Of a stretch of DNA of 64,000 nt, positions 13,211 through 26,439 are shown piece by piece; within the stretch, counting starts at the first letter, position 1; every line of letters begins with the position of its first letter. The notes under the pieces are model-generated. The model made no database searches and was not told where the DNA came from. It saw nothing but the letters and a program-made list of their open reading frames with translations. The DNA lies in NCBI RefSeq assembly GCF_018350175.1, contig NC_058377.1, positions 30,566,001 through 30,630,000 of the forward strand, in the 5' to 3' direction. The DNA comes from Felis catus. Its lineage: Eukaryota. The translations under genes were made by a program, and so were the position numbers.

Positions 13211-13823
13211 AATATGTATTTAAAAAAATAGTGAGTCCTAGAGTTTGTAAGGTTACATCACTGGTAACTAGTATATCAATTTTCTCAATCACTTGTAGCA
13301 GAGTCTTGGACTTCTCTGAGGCCTCAAAAAAGAATATATGTCAGTCAAAATGCAAGTTCATGGAAAACCCCCATTAACAGTGTCAATAGGACTGATAGTT
13401 TTCGAATTAAGGAAGACCTTTTCACTTGGTGGGGGTTAATGGAAAGAATGGAGGCTAAGGAAGACATAAGAAAATATGACAGGAGAACCAAGATCTTCTT
13501 TTGGGAAAGCTCCACCATTTGGGAGACTTGCAGGTGATAGGAGGGGACATGTATAGATACCTGTCCAAGGAAAAGAGAAAATCATGTCAGAGAGAAACTT
13601 GTACATATTTATTCATGCTCCTAGACAAATCACAAGCTGAGCCAGGAGACACTGACCTTATCATAATATTTATGCCCGGATCTTCCATGTCCCTTTTAGA
13701 CATGAGGCAGGTGACAGGGAGGGCAGACTCACTGCTCCCTGCCAGTGATAAATGTTCCTGCTGCAAAAGAGTAGCAGTCACTAGGACTGAAAGCATGGCA
13801 GTGTCTTAAAACAACTACTCTCT

Positions 13824-14040
13824 GGGGCGCCTGGGTGGCGCAGTCGGTTAAGCGTCCGACTTCAGCCAGGTCACGATCTCGCGGTCTGGGAGTTCGAGCC
13901 CCGCGTCAGGCTCTGGGCTGATGGCTCAGAGCCTGGAGCCTGTTTCCGATTCTGTGTCTCCCTCTCTCTCTGCCCCTCCCCCGTTCATGCTCTGTCTCTC
14001 TCTGTCCCAAAAATAAATAAACGTTGAAAAAAAAAAAAAA
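13824..14040 (+). mobile_element. Young felid SINE (SINEC_Fc-type)
   Basis: Near-consensus, pure A tail, TSD aaaacaactactctc. Confidence 0.97.
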
Positions 14041-14295
14041 ACAACTACTCTCCATTCAAACATCTATGCCACATATCTGTTCTGTATGGTCTCCATCATC
14101 TGGAAAACCCATTGCTATTTCCTTTGATCCAATACATTGGCATTGGCCTAACCTGGTCAAAAAGCACTATGATTGGGTACTAGATGCATATCTGCCCTCA
14201 CTTTGAGAACTCATCTCTCTTTCCCACCTGTGAAATGATAGATATCAAATAGGCAAATTTTCCCTCCCTTGTAGCATTTTTCCCTCCTCTGGACC

Positions 14296-14377
14296 AGCCT
14301 TCTTTTGTTGAAGTTAAGGAATCAGAACTTCTGAGCTCATGAGCCATGTGCTTAGGACACTAAAGTCGGATAAAGGT
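14296..14377 (-). repeat. Right arm of 82-bp inverted repeat (partner 11822-11903)
   Basis: Reverse complement aligns ungapped to 11822-11903 with 11 mismatches. Confidence 0.9.
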
Positions 14378-16369
14378 GACTATCGGCCACTTTTCATATA
14401 GTGGTAAGGTGATCAAATAAATGAATGTTTATGAGAAACTCCATGTTAATGCAGGCTGTTCTCCCTGTCTTCTCTGTGCTCAGTGCATCCCTGTCATCTT
14501 AGACTTAGTTGCCACACAAAAGATTTCTCTGTCTCACGCCACCTGGCACAGACATCTTGCTTCTGTCTGTTTCATTGGCTACTGTCTTATTCTCTTCCTT
14601 GCGTAAAAAAATCTCTTCTCCCTTGCTGGTGTGTCTTAATTTCCCTCTCCCTTGACTGTTATTTCAGCAGCTCTGCTATTTAGCTCCATGGTGTCATATC
14701 AGACAGTTGGTGGGAAAGAAACTGTGCTAAATGACATAGCATCAAAATCCAGGACTGGTTTCTTAGTGGTGAGGAAGCCCTCTTCAAAGCTCATTGCCAT
14801 TTTGTTGCTTTGCAGGGAGTGGTTCCCTTAGTTGGGAGAAGAGAAAACACCCTTTAATCCCACTGCTTCCCACCTCATGCATATATCACATGTTCCCCTA
14901 AGAGGTCATCTGGAAGGTCTTTATGGCCAAAAAGGGCACAGCTCTGACTGTTGTTCCTCCCCTGGTGGAAGAAGACACAGAAGCAAGAGGAGCTTGGGTA
15001 TGCCAGTCCCTATTCTAGAACCCCAAGAGCCTGATTGCCTCTTGCTGTTAGAATATTTGCAGAGTGTTTCCCTACTTGTACATTTTCTTCTCAGCATTTG
15101 AACTTGGTAAAGCTGGAGGTAAAGCTGGTAGGCTGCCTGGCATGCATGATGATGCCTTCTGGCAATCAAGAGACTAGAGTTCCATGCCAGGCTCAGCCTC
15201 TTACATGCTGGGTCACCATGAACAGTTAGTTCCCTTTTCCTCCATAGCCTCAGTCTCCAGATCCATAACAGAGCTCACAGAACTGTCAGGACATTACTGC
15301 CTTTGTCCTTTTACCAAGAAGAATCATGATGCAGTAGAAAGAAAATGAGCCTTGAATCAGGTGGTGTTCTAAACTGAGCTCTGTGCCTACTAACTATGTG
15401 ACCATGGGTGAGATGTAAAATGAAAATCAAATGACGAAAGATGTAAATCTTCCATTTCTATCCACATCTTTAAGGATTTTAAAGACAAAATAATAGAATT
15501 TACACCATGCAAGTCTGTAAGGAAATTGGCCAGGACTATAAGACCCCTTATGTTCCAGTAGTTTATAATTCTGATTCTTTAATAGACTCATAAATCCTGA
15601 AGCTAGGGTTATAATCATCAGCAATTACAAAATCAATTATTTATTGAAAGCCTATTGTGTATTACTCTACTCTTCCCCTTGAAAGACTTAAAATATATAT
15701 GGGCTATATATTTTTTAATTACTAAAATATAAGATAAGTATATGCTGAGTGACAAATGATGGAATTGTACAAGCCAGATGCCCTCCTGGTTTCTGAGGAG
15801 GAAGTGATTATCCAGGGTGCCATGGTAACATGCTTTTCCCATCCCATCCCCCACATGACTCAGGGCTCCACTGACCAATTTCCACTGCAATCAGAAGAAG
15901 CCAAGCAAAATGGGTAATTGGGAGGATTTCAAAAATTCCAAGGTTTTCATTTCCAAAGATACAGCAGATGATCCTTAGGCCTTCCATGAAAGCGCTTCTC
16001 CTGCTAGCCCCATGGTTTGGGAAGTAGTTTAATGGGAGTTCCCCATGACGGCCTCTATGGGGGAAAAGGGCACTGCTCTCAGCTGTGTTCATCTTTTTTT
16101 TTCAGATGGGAACAACAGAGGAGAGAGGCATTGTTTTTATCTAACCAATCATCAGGCCAGAACCCAAGTCTTAGCATTTCTCTGGGCTTGTAAATGAAAG
16201 CTGTTAAGAAATTTTCTTCCCCATTTCAGAGATAGAAAACTAGAGCACAAAGTAGAGAGCGTTGTTTACCCAGACTTCAAATACATCAAAGTAGAAACTT
16301 GTAGAGAGCACTGCTAGGCCAGAACTGTGAAGGCCAACCATTCTGGAAAGACTCAAAGATGAAACCTGA

Positions 16370-16592
16370 GGGGCGCCTTGGTGGCGCAGTGGGTTAAGCG
16401 TCCGACTTCAGCCAGGTCACGATCTCGCGGTCCGTGAGTTCCAGCCCCGCGTCGGGCTCTGGGCTGATGGCTCGGAGCCTGGAGACTGTTTCCGATTCTG
16501 TGTCTCCCTCTCTCTCTGCCCCTCCCCCATTCATGCTCTCTCTCTGTCCCAAAAAATAAATAAACGTTGAAAAAAAAAATTAAAAAAAAAAA
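16370..16592 (+). mobile_element. Young felid SINE (SINEC_Fc-type)
   Basis: Near-consensus; TSD aaagatgaaacctga. Confidence 0.97.
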
Positions 16593-19500
16593 AAAGATGA
16601 AACCTGAGTTCCTCTCCTTGACACCCCCCCCCCCGTGGCCCCTCCCACACAGAGTGAGCTTAGCCTGAGCATGAGGAAGGCACTTTAAGCCTGGGAATGG
16701 CTTGCAGGAGGAGAGAAAGAGGAAAGAGCTCTTCTTAGGGAGCCAGTTGTTCTTTTGCTGCTTGGTTTATGTTTTTGGAATAAATCGCTTTGTATAATAA
16801 TAGAAATGAAAGCGCTGGAGTGAAACATCATTACAAAAAGATTTCCCACTGGCATTTCAATCAGTTGTGGGTTTTGTCCCCAATGTCCTCTTGCTCATAA
16901 GCAAAGAGAACCCTGATCCAACAAAGGGAATGAGCCTCTCTTTGTCCTCTCTGGTCCAATCTACCCACCAGAAGGGACAGTTTCTCTCATCACCACCTTT
17001 AATGATCCCAATCTGACTTCCTAGGAGGAGGTCTTACTGTGTATGAACTTATATGTTTTTGTTTTGTTTTGTTTTGTTTTGTTCGGAAGACACTTCCAGA
17101 GCTGGAAGAGACTTTAAAAGTCATCTTATCCAATTCTCTCACCTTTCATGAGGTAAGGTTCAGTGATTTGCAAAGGTCCTGTAGTTAGTTCACAGGAAAC
17201 CCAAAGTCCATACCTGTGTCTTTTTTACTCCCTTTGCAGAAGACCAATATAGGTCCATTATGCTATAGTGAAGCCCTGGGTATAGTTGATTCCTTCCTCA
17301 TTCAACCAAACACTCCTCAGAGGGCAGAGACCCTGTTTTAGGTGACAGTGCACTCCCAGCATCTGGCATAGTGCCTGACACATAGCAGGTATGCAACAGA
17401 AGTTTTTTGGATATGTATAGAATTGCACATATTACCAGTAGGTGTCTGGTCTGCTGAAAGATGTATGCCCTACCTCTGGGCACTAGTGAACCTTCTGTGC
17501 TCTTCTCCAACTTGGGGAGAAGAAAGTATGTCTGACGGGGACAGACACAGTACTGAAAGGAGCAACACGTGGAGTGGAGGAGGCAACATGGAGGTGGATG
17601 GAGGGGAGGGAGCACTCTCAAGATCAGTTGTGGGAGTAGTGATGATGACAAGTCCAAGTGTAAGGAAATGACAGCACTCACTGGGAGAATCATGAGCCAC
17701 CCTGGATGTAGGAGAAATGAAGGAGACTGAGCAGAAAAGCCCAAGTAATGAAACCAGGAGACTCAAAGAACTTTTGTGACTTTGTTCAGAGCTCTGATTT
17801 GTGCAAAGTCTGAGATGCCTATCCAGGCTTAATGCCCAACGGGTCATGCCTCCCAGTGTGTTTCTCCCAGATGTTTTCAGGCCAGGACAGACCTCAAAAT
17901 ATGCATGACTGTTGGTGAAAGGCACAGGGTGCCTGAAAAGGGTTTGATTGGCAGGGTGGCAATTCAACAACCAGAGCGATGCGGCCATGTCATCAGCAAA
18001 GCTCCCTATTTAGACAAGGCTCAGTCAGCAACTGTGAGGGCCAGTAGTTCGATGACCTGAGTTTTAATCTTGCTCTTCTGCAAGATTTGCCAATGTGCAA
18101 GATCTTTGGCAAATCGTTTCATCTCACAAGGCGTCAGTTCCCTCGTCTGGAATCCCAAGTGTATATTCTAATTGTACGCTTCTATGGTTACCTGCCCCTC
18201 AAGCTCCCTCTGTGTGATCCTGTGCCCCAATCTGCTCTCCTGCTCCAGAACAACTGGGGGTAGGGATCAATTTTGCATCTCAAATGCCTTATAGTGACAA
18301 AGATCTGGTTGTGGCAGAAATTCAAAGTAGGAGGATTTGAGGAGGACCAAGACCCAAACTCTCAAATAGAGAATGAACAGCAGGAATCTCAGCAAGGAGG
18401 ACACATTCTGAATGACCGCTTGCTGACAGATGGAGGGAGGAACAGAGCACAAGACCAACAGCCTGGGCCCAGCTTAGGTCCTCCCTTCCCCTTCCTATCT
18501 GCTCCTGTGTGTTGCAGATGGGGGTAGGCATTGTGATAAACCCCTATTAAAACACTTCCCCATGTCCTTGACAAAGTGGCAGAAACAGCTGATTTCCCCA
18601 CGTCTAAGAAGCTACTTTCTCCCTCAAAGAGGCTAACCTGGCTCTGTAACATTCTCTTCTCCTTTCTTGCTTTGCTCTCCTTATATTAGCAGCTCAATCT
18701 ATATGCTGATTGCTGTTGTCCATGCATTAAATGGTAAGAGGCTGCAACCCATGAATGTTAAGTGGGGAGGAAGCTTCACAGGAGAGAGTGGTTTACTTCT
18801 CTGCAGCTGGTGGAAGCTGAAGCATGTGTGAGGAACAGGATGTAGAGGAGAAGAACTAGACTCCAGGTTGTGGAGAAGAGTGCTTTGTAGGCCATCGGGC
18901 ATCTCCCACTGTAGAGTAGAATGCCTCCAAGTTGATGCAAGAATTGGGACTTTATTTCTAATGGTGTCCACAGGTGACGATTTGGTTACATGGCTACCCA
19001 GTCTGATGGTTAAATCATCCCCATTTGTGGAGTTCTTCTAGCTAACAAAATACTCTGGGTGAAGTCTGGATCCAGAATTCAGGCAGACCCAAAGCCCCGA
19101 CCTGCCAAGGGACACTTGTGAAAAAAATGACCTTTGCTCTTCCCAATTTCATAATAAACACTGAGCGATGGAAGAAAAGCTCTGTATAAATCATGTGCAC
19201 CTCCTGAACAGACTGACTCATGGCATGAGTCCCTAAAACAATCAGGCGGTCAAGAGTATCAGAGCAGAAGACAACAACAACAAAAAACACACAGAATGGA
19301 GAAAGAACATCTCAGAGTGAGCCCTGGAAGAATCCTAAGTCCCTTGGTTGGGCCACCTTCAGCCATGGATCCAACACAAGAGCTCTGGGGCACTTGAGAA
19401 GCTGTCTAGGAGCATGCCTTAGTCTCTGGCTAATGTGTCCTTGAGGTTAAAGAAATGACATCCCTAATCTTGTCTATTTGCATCTCCTGTCAGTCATACC

Positions 19501-20629
19501 CTAACCCCCAACCCTGTCCCTGCATTCTGGCAGCTGTGCAAAATCTAATCTTCATTCTTCTTACTGGTCAAGTTTTCTTCTCCTTTGAGATAAAGATAAG
19601 TCAAAAAAAGAGTTAGATCTTTCCAGGCATATTTTGATGTTGCCCCAGCCAGAGATGGAGCATCTGATGAACCCATTCAAAACTAGCCACTGCCCCATGA
19701 TACTATCTGCTCAACCTCCCTCAGAGTGACAGCATGAAAATAGCTGGACTAAAGTGTCTTCATTGTTCTATAGTCAGCTCTTCTGAAAGCTCACTGCCTG
19801 ATTCCTAATTCTTAAGACTCTAAACACAAACAGAAGCAATACCAACTAAGTCTTTTCAAAAGCCAACCGAGCACTTTCAAGATAGGTGTGCTTTGGTACC
19901 TTCCCCAAAAGTGGTTGCCAATAATAAAACAGTCTCTTTTATGAAATATTTATTGTATTTTCTTGGCAATTTGCATCTTCATGTCACCCATCTTACCATT
20001 TCACTGTGACAACAACACATAAGGTCAGGTTTTATTCTCTTTGGAATAGGGAAGAGAGAAACTAAGGAGAAGTTAGCACTTCTTCTAAGGCACAAGCTTC
20101 GTGTTATCTCTGCCTGTGGCTGTTTCCCCCCACAGGTCCAGCCTCTGCTCTGCTGAATGCTTCATGTGAACCATCTCATTCAGTCCCCACAGTACACTGT
20201 GAGTAGGAACTTTTATCCTCTTTGTAGAGTTGAGGAAACTGGTACTCAGAGAGGCTGAATTATTTGAGCAGAGCTTGTGAGTACACATTGGGATCCAAGT
20301 CCACATCTCTTTAACTATACAGCCTTGGTTTAGCATCTCACACCAGAAAGTTCCCCAGAGCCCCCACTTCTTCTGACGTGGGCACATCACTGCTTAGCCT
20401 GTCCAGAGCCCTGGCAAGTGCCCATCCTGGGCTCCTGCCCCTAGTTCTCATAGAAGATCCCCAACCTCTTCACATTATCCCTGGAAAATTAGAGAAAATA
20501 TATTTGATTCAGAGTCTCAGAAGCTCCCCAGCTTAAGAAATGTTGCCTTTTTTTAACTGTCTCTGAATCACTCACCTTTTCAACCAGCCTCCCCCCTCCA
20601 GGCTGCAAGTGGGGCAGGTGAGGAAGGAG

Positions 20630-20880
20630 AACAGAGCAGCAATGAGCCAGCTTTAGCCCTGAGTCAGTGATGATTCCCAGCGGTTTCTCCTCCACAGATT
20701 AATCACCTCCAATTACAGCTTCTGACTGGGCCACGAGTCATTCACAGCATCGCCTCCTTTGTCTGACCCGCGCCTCCCTGCCATCAGGCTGCCTATTTGT
20801 CCAAAATGCTGGCTGCGTGCTACACTTCCCAGCACCCCGAAAAGGTACCCCAGCAGCCAAGTGACTCAAGAATAAGGACT
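20630..20880. promoter_or_regulatory. Candidate enhancer (AP-1 and homeodomain motifs)
   Basis: TGAGTCA 20660, TGACTCA 20862, gattaatc and caatta cores, local CpG retention, no repeat similarity. Confidence 0.4.
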
Positions 20881-22444
20881 CCACCCTCTTCCCCCTCACC
20901 ATCTGCTCTCAGCACCATGAGCCTTTTGGGGGCAAAAAGAAGAGGGAACATGAAATTGTTCTCCTTAGGAGCCTATAGATGACTATGAACCCTCCATTAG
21001 CTGATTGGATAATACCTTGTTGTGTTTCTCCTCAGCAGTGGCTAATAAAGCTTTTTCTCATTTCTACTAATTACCCCCTCCTCACCGAGAAGGATGCCAC
21101 ACAGCCCTGGAGGGTGTTCCATGGCTCACCCCACAGCCTTGCCCTCACTTCTCCCTCTGGCCTCACAGGGACACCTGCCTCCCTCCCACCATGCCAACAA
21201 AACCTGGGGCAGTTGGGCCCCTGCTGTCTTTCTGCTTCCTCTATGCAATTCTTAAGTATCCTCACTTTGGCTGCTGACCCAGGCACATGGGTACCACAAG
21301 ACACCATGCCATCTGCCCACCTCAGTGGGTATCACACTTGGCTCCCTGCCCTGAGCTGCCAGCCAAGGGTGGTGCACAAAGCCCCCCAGGAGGTGTGAAT
21401 GAGAACTCAAGGTAGGGTATTGAATACATCTCTATAGCTTGGCTCAGTTTACCAGAACTTTCCTAGATCTTGTTTCACTTGACCTTCATGTAACCAACTG
21501 GGATTATTACACCCACTATCCTCTGAGAAAACATGGTGCATTATTATTCCTGTTCTTTAGAGATCAGGAAACTGAGGCGCCAATAAGTGGCTATGACTCC
21601 CCCACCCTCAGTGAGTGGCAACCCAAGTCTAGAGCTTGTGTTTCTCCATGATATCATGATCTAGCCCTAGCATTAGGATTGTGAAGCACCACTGAAACCC
21701 TTGTGGGCATGCTACAGGAGCTTAGAATTAGGTAGACCTATGGTTGAATCCTACCCTAGCTCTATTTTATTTGGTAACAGAGACTATTCCTAGCACTTTT
21801 CAAATACAGCGCCAACCCTTTTAACTCCCACAACTTCCTTTGGGCAAGGAATTATCAGTATCCTCAATTTGCCACTGTGAGAACACAGGCCAGGCCACAC
21901 AGATAACAGGGTTCATCCTGGGGTCAGACACAGGCATCTTGATCTAGGGTCAATCTCTTAACCCCTCCATGAGGCTGCCCTCACTTCTCCGACTTCTGAC
22001 TATATAAACTTGGGCGATCACTTAAGTTTCTCGTTGTTTCAATATTCTTATCTTCTAAATGGTGGTCATAAGAGAACCTTCTCCTTAGAACTGTATGAGG
22101 GTTAGATGGGAAGACTGTGCATAGTTTAAATAAAACACCAAGTTCAGGGTCTGACACACAGTAAACATTAGTGATTAGCACAATTAAACCAGGGCAAAGC
22201 TGCAAGACAGGAGAGTAAGGACAGAATATTTAGGGTGGCATTAGGAGAAAGATTCCCAGGTCCCTATTCCCAGAGATTCACAGTGGGGCAAACAGTAAAT
22301 CTAAGGGCACTCTACAGATATGGACCAGGTAGCATGTCATCTGCTCCTATCCTGGCCACACTCATTCCTTTTTCTAAGCATATCTCTCAAGCCTGCCTGA
22401 TAACCACGATCTAAGATAACACTGAGACTGAAAGCAGAAGCCTC

Positions 22445-22620
22445 TGTAGTTAAGGTTCTTACCTACTAGGGACCTTAGTCATCTTTGAGAATCTGATAAA
22501 AACTATAAACCCTTTCTCTAGAAAACTCCACCTATACCCAATACACAAATTTATTCTTAGAAGTTCAGGGATAATCATCAGATTGCCAAAAGTCCATTGA
22601 CCCCCAAGTTTAGCATCCTT
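22445..22620. mobile_element. hAT-Charlie MITE (MER103C-like)
   Basis: 'tttgagaatctgataaaaactataaaccctttctctagaaaa...acacaaattt' matches the family as I recall it. Confidence 0.6.
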
Positions 22621-23008
22621 ATAATTATCATGGCTGAGCTTGCCAAACCCTTTCCTTTCCAACNNNNNNNNNNNNNNNNNNNNNNNNNNNNNNNNNNNNN
22701 NNNNNNNNNNNNNNNNNNNNNNNNNNNNNNNNNNNNNNNNNNNNNNNNNNNNNNNNNNNNNNNNNNNNNNNNNNNNNNNNNNNNNNNNNNNNNNNNNNGC
22801 TTCAATCCCAAGCTTCCTTGGACACTGCTCCTGGCCAGTGCAGATGCTACAGTGGTGGTTGCGATGGCAATGGTAATGGCTGTTGCTAAGGGAGCCAGGA
22901 GGCCGGGGAGGTGGTGGCAGGGAGGTGAGTGGGCAGCAGCCCAGCAGGGCAGCAACCCCCCCATGCAAGTCTGAGTGCCTCAGGCCCTGGAAACAGTGTT
23001 CCCAGCTG

Positions 23009-23022
23009 GCTGCCATGGCAAC
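23009..23022. promoter_or_regulatory. RFX X-box motif
   Basis: gctgccatggcaac vs palindromic consensus GTTGCCATGGCAAC (13/14). Confidence 0.5.
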
Positions 23023-24054
23023 AGCAGGCTTGGGAAAGAATTCTTCAGGGTCTAGACAGATTTCTACAGCTTGCACTTGCTCTTTCTTCTCCCTAAGTGG
23101 CTAATTGAGGTTTGAAAAGGTCTGCTGTGAGTGGGCAAGGGGCACAAAGGGTAAAGGGCTGGTCACATGTCCTGAATGCAGCAGGCTCCCTGGGAGGCTG
23201 AGAGGCCAGCAAGGGTCTGAGCCAGCGCCCAAGCAGACAGCCTAACTGCTGGGGAGGCAGCCCCAAAACACAGATACTCATCCCTCTTCCAGGGACCTCT
23301 GCCCATCCTCTTGCTAGGAAGCACTTGTGCGTTTCCCAAGAAGTCATCCTAGGACAACAACAATGCAATGTGGTCTCCACAGTAGATCCTGGGCTTTAAA
23401 AGACCTACAGGCTATGTTCAGGTGAGCCAGCAGCCAGGTGTGATCTGGTCACTCACAGCAAAGCCATTCAGGAGATGCAGACTCTAGAGGCTCAGGCTTA
23501 TGGGGAGAGGTTGAGAGATTGGGTCTAATTTACATGAGGCTAAAGGACAGATCAGATCAGAGTTGATGAAGAAGTTTAAAGCCTCACCACAGTGTAAGAC
23601 CACCAATTCACTCATCTGGTTGTAGTGATTTACATTAGCATCATGTAAAAGCACCATTCCTGTTATCATTTATTGGGTGGTGATTACATGAGGTGCCTAT
23701 CTCAACTTGATCTTTGAAGCAGAAGAGATTGTCCTCTTTTTACAGATGGAAAAACTGGGGCTTAGAGAGTAAAAACCACTTGACCAAGTCATGCAGCCAG
23801 AAAGCAATGAAGCTGAGACTTGAACTTCCATCTGTCTACAGATCCCATCTCTTACTGCAGGTAACAGACGGCCTGGTGCAGGTATGACCTGTTCACCTCT
23901 CAAAACAAGAGCAAACACGTCAGCGTGGGGTTTTGGAGTTCAGAGCCTTCATGGCCAAAAGTGCTCCCTGCCACTATGCATCCTGCAAAGTGTGGTTTCA
24001 GAGCAGCCTGATGTCTTTTGAAGCCCAGGATCTACTGTAGTGACCACATTGCAT

Positions 24055-24121
24055 TGTTGTTTTTATTTTTATTTATTTATTTAGTATTTATTTTTGAGGG
24101 GGGGGTTGCAAGTGAGTGAGG

Positions 24122-24169
<48 letters not shown>

Positions 24170-24295
24170 GTTCACCCAGGGCTCATGCTCACCTGAACTA
24201 GGGCTTGAGCTCACCTGATGTAGTACTCGAACTCACCAGTTGTGAGATCATGACCTGAGCCAAAGTCAGATGCTTAACAACTGAACCACCCAGTC
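24055..24295 (-). mobile_element. Older Can-SINE
   Basis: (GA)n tract and 'tgtgagatcatgacctgagccaaagtcagatgcttaac...ccacccag'. Confidence 0.9.
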
Positions 24296-26439
24296 TTTAA
24301 AGTATATGTACAAAAGTGGAGCAATCTCACCTGTGACCCAGGGCTCTAGTTGTCTGGTGTGACTCCCAGGGAGATCCCACTGGAAGATGACCCTCGGTGA
24401 GAATCACTGGACCCTCCACTGCCAGAACTGGGTGAGGTAGGGCATCTCAAGTTTGTCTGGTCTTCTCTGTTCTCAGAAGCTGAGAGTGCAGAGAGAGCTG
24501 GCTAGGCCCAGCTGGGATTATGGAAGGGAAGGGAACTAGTATTTAAGAACATGTATTATATTCTAGGAATTCTAGTACATGTATTTGTTTAATATGCACA
24601 ACAAGTCTTTATGGTTGGTATTATCATCGCCCCATATTATGGAGTGAGAAACTAAACTCATAAAGATCTGGTAAGTTGACCCAGGGCAAAGAAAGCTTCA
24701 GCCCAAAAATAACTGGCTCCAAAATCTGTCAGGTTTCTATTCCAGTCTCTGACCTCCCACAGGTGCTAGCTGCTTCTAATGGCCCACTGAGACAGGAATC
24801 CCCAACTCAACCTCTGAGCAGAGTGTCCAAATGGTCTTCTTCTTCCTAGGGCCTCCCTAACCCCCCACAGAAGATGATCATCTTTCATCCTCCAGCTGTA
24901 TTTATTTCTCTTTCTCCATTCTTCTTACACTCCTGTTTCCATCTAAGCAGGAGACCAGAAGCCATAGCCAACAAGTCAGAAGCCAAAGCAAGGCTCTCAC
25001 CCCATCTTCCTCCAGCTACAGAAAGAAGAGAGGGGTCTTCACCAAGCCTGAGTGCAAAGGAAGAGTCACCAGGAAAGCCTGGAGATTGGGGACTCCATCC
25101 TCAAGCTGGCCTTGGTGCAGGCTGTGCCCTCTCCAAACTTTCCTCCCTGATCCCTGCTTCCTTGGGAAGCTCTCACACCTGCAGGTCCTGCTGGGATCAA
25201 GGAGGAAGTGGGGGTGGGAAGCCAGTGCCCTCAAGATTCTATTCATTGTCTGGGATGGAGTCTCTCAGCCTACATCTGACCTCCCCTTCCTTGCCAGACA
25301 TAGACCTCAAACTCAGTCTCTTTGGAGTGTCGTGTCCCCTGTTGGATTCAATTCTTAGGAGGTAGTTTGCAGTCCTGGGAAGAGCTCAAAACCAGGAGTC
25401 AGGGACCTTTGCTCTATTTCCAGTTCTGCTACCAATAAGCCACTAACTTAGCTTTTCTGGGCCTCACTTTCCTCCAGTAATTATTGGACCAACTGGTCCC
25501 TTCTAACATTCTACATTGCTTCTCTGAGTTCTGTAGCTCCTCATACCTATTCCACATCTCCCTCCCCAAACCAACAGTCCCTTCTCCCCCCAGTAGTCGG
25601 ATGTCCTTACCCTAGCCAGACCTGCCAAACTATAAAGAGTACAAGGCAGTGGATTTGTTGCTGTTATGATTTCTTTTCAGGCAGGAAGCTGAATTTAAAT
25701 TGTGCCCAATCAGTAGAAATGCTGGGATGCTCAGGTCTTCTACACAATGGATTATATAAAAACAGCTCACTTCTTAATGCCGTCTCTCTTTGTTCCTGCT
25801 CTTTTCCAATCACTCAGTCAAGTAATATGTATTAAGTGGATGTGTCTGCAAGGCATGGTGCAGAAATGTAATCCAAAACGACAAGGTTCTTGTCCAGGAG
25901 GAACTTACAATTCCACAAGGATACAACCCAGACAGGAGCATTAAAGGCAAGCTTGCTGCCTTCTTCAGCGAGGAAGGACAAAAGATTTCTCACTGCCTTT
26001 TAATGTTTCCTTTACCCACTTTCATTGTTAATTTCATAGTGATATCATGTATCTGGTACCTGTCTTTGAGTCACAATGCTTCCTTCTGTCTTCTTATCTA
26101 TGATGGAAATCAAGCTGCTCAGAGACACCAATCCCCTCTCCTGCCGGGGCCTCACCTTCCTACCTGGATGTGTTGACCTAATTTCCGCAAATCTGCAATG
26201 CAAAGACAAGGGTTTGAAGGCTGGGACATGTAGTCTGCGTCTGTCCAAGCAAAGGATGATACTACATACAGGCAGAGGTTGTAGAGACAGTGGAGATCTG
26301 CCCTCCTCATGGCTGAGGTCTCTGGCTGCCAGGTGTCTGTGTTCTCTGAATTCCCTCACTAAGCCTGTTAGAGGGCAAGTGCTACTTGCTGTCTCCCTCT
26401 TCTCCTTTAGCCCCAATGTCTCAACATCTGCTCCGTAAA

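Noticed and set aside
13797-13809. tggcagtgtctta, identical to the 5' end of miR-34a
   Set aside because: The match stops after 13 nt and there is no hairpin partner; it runs into a SINE TSD.
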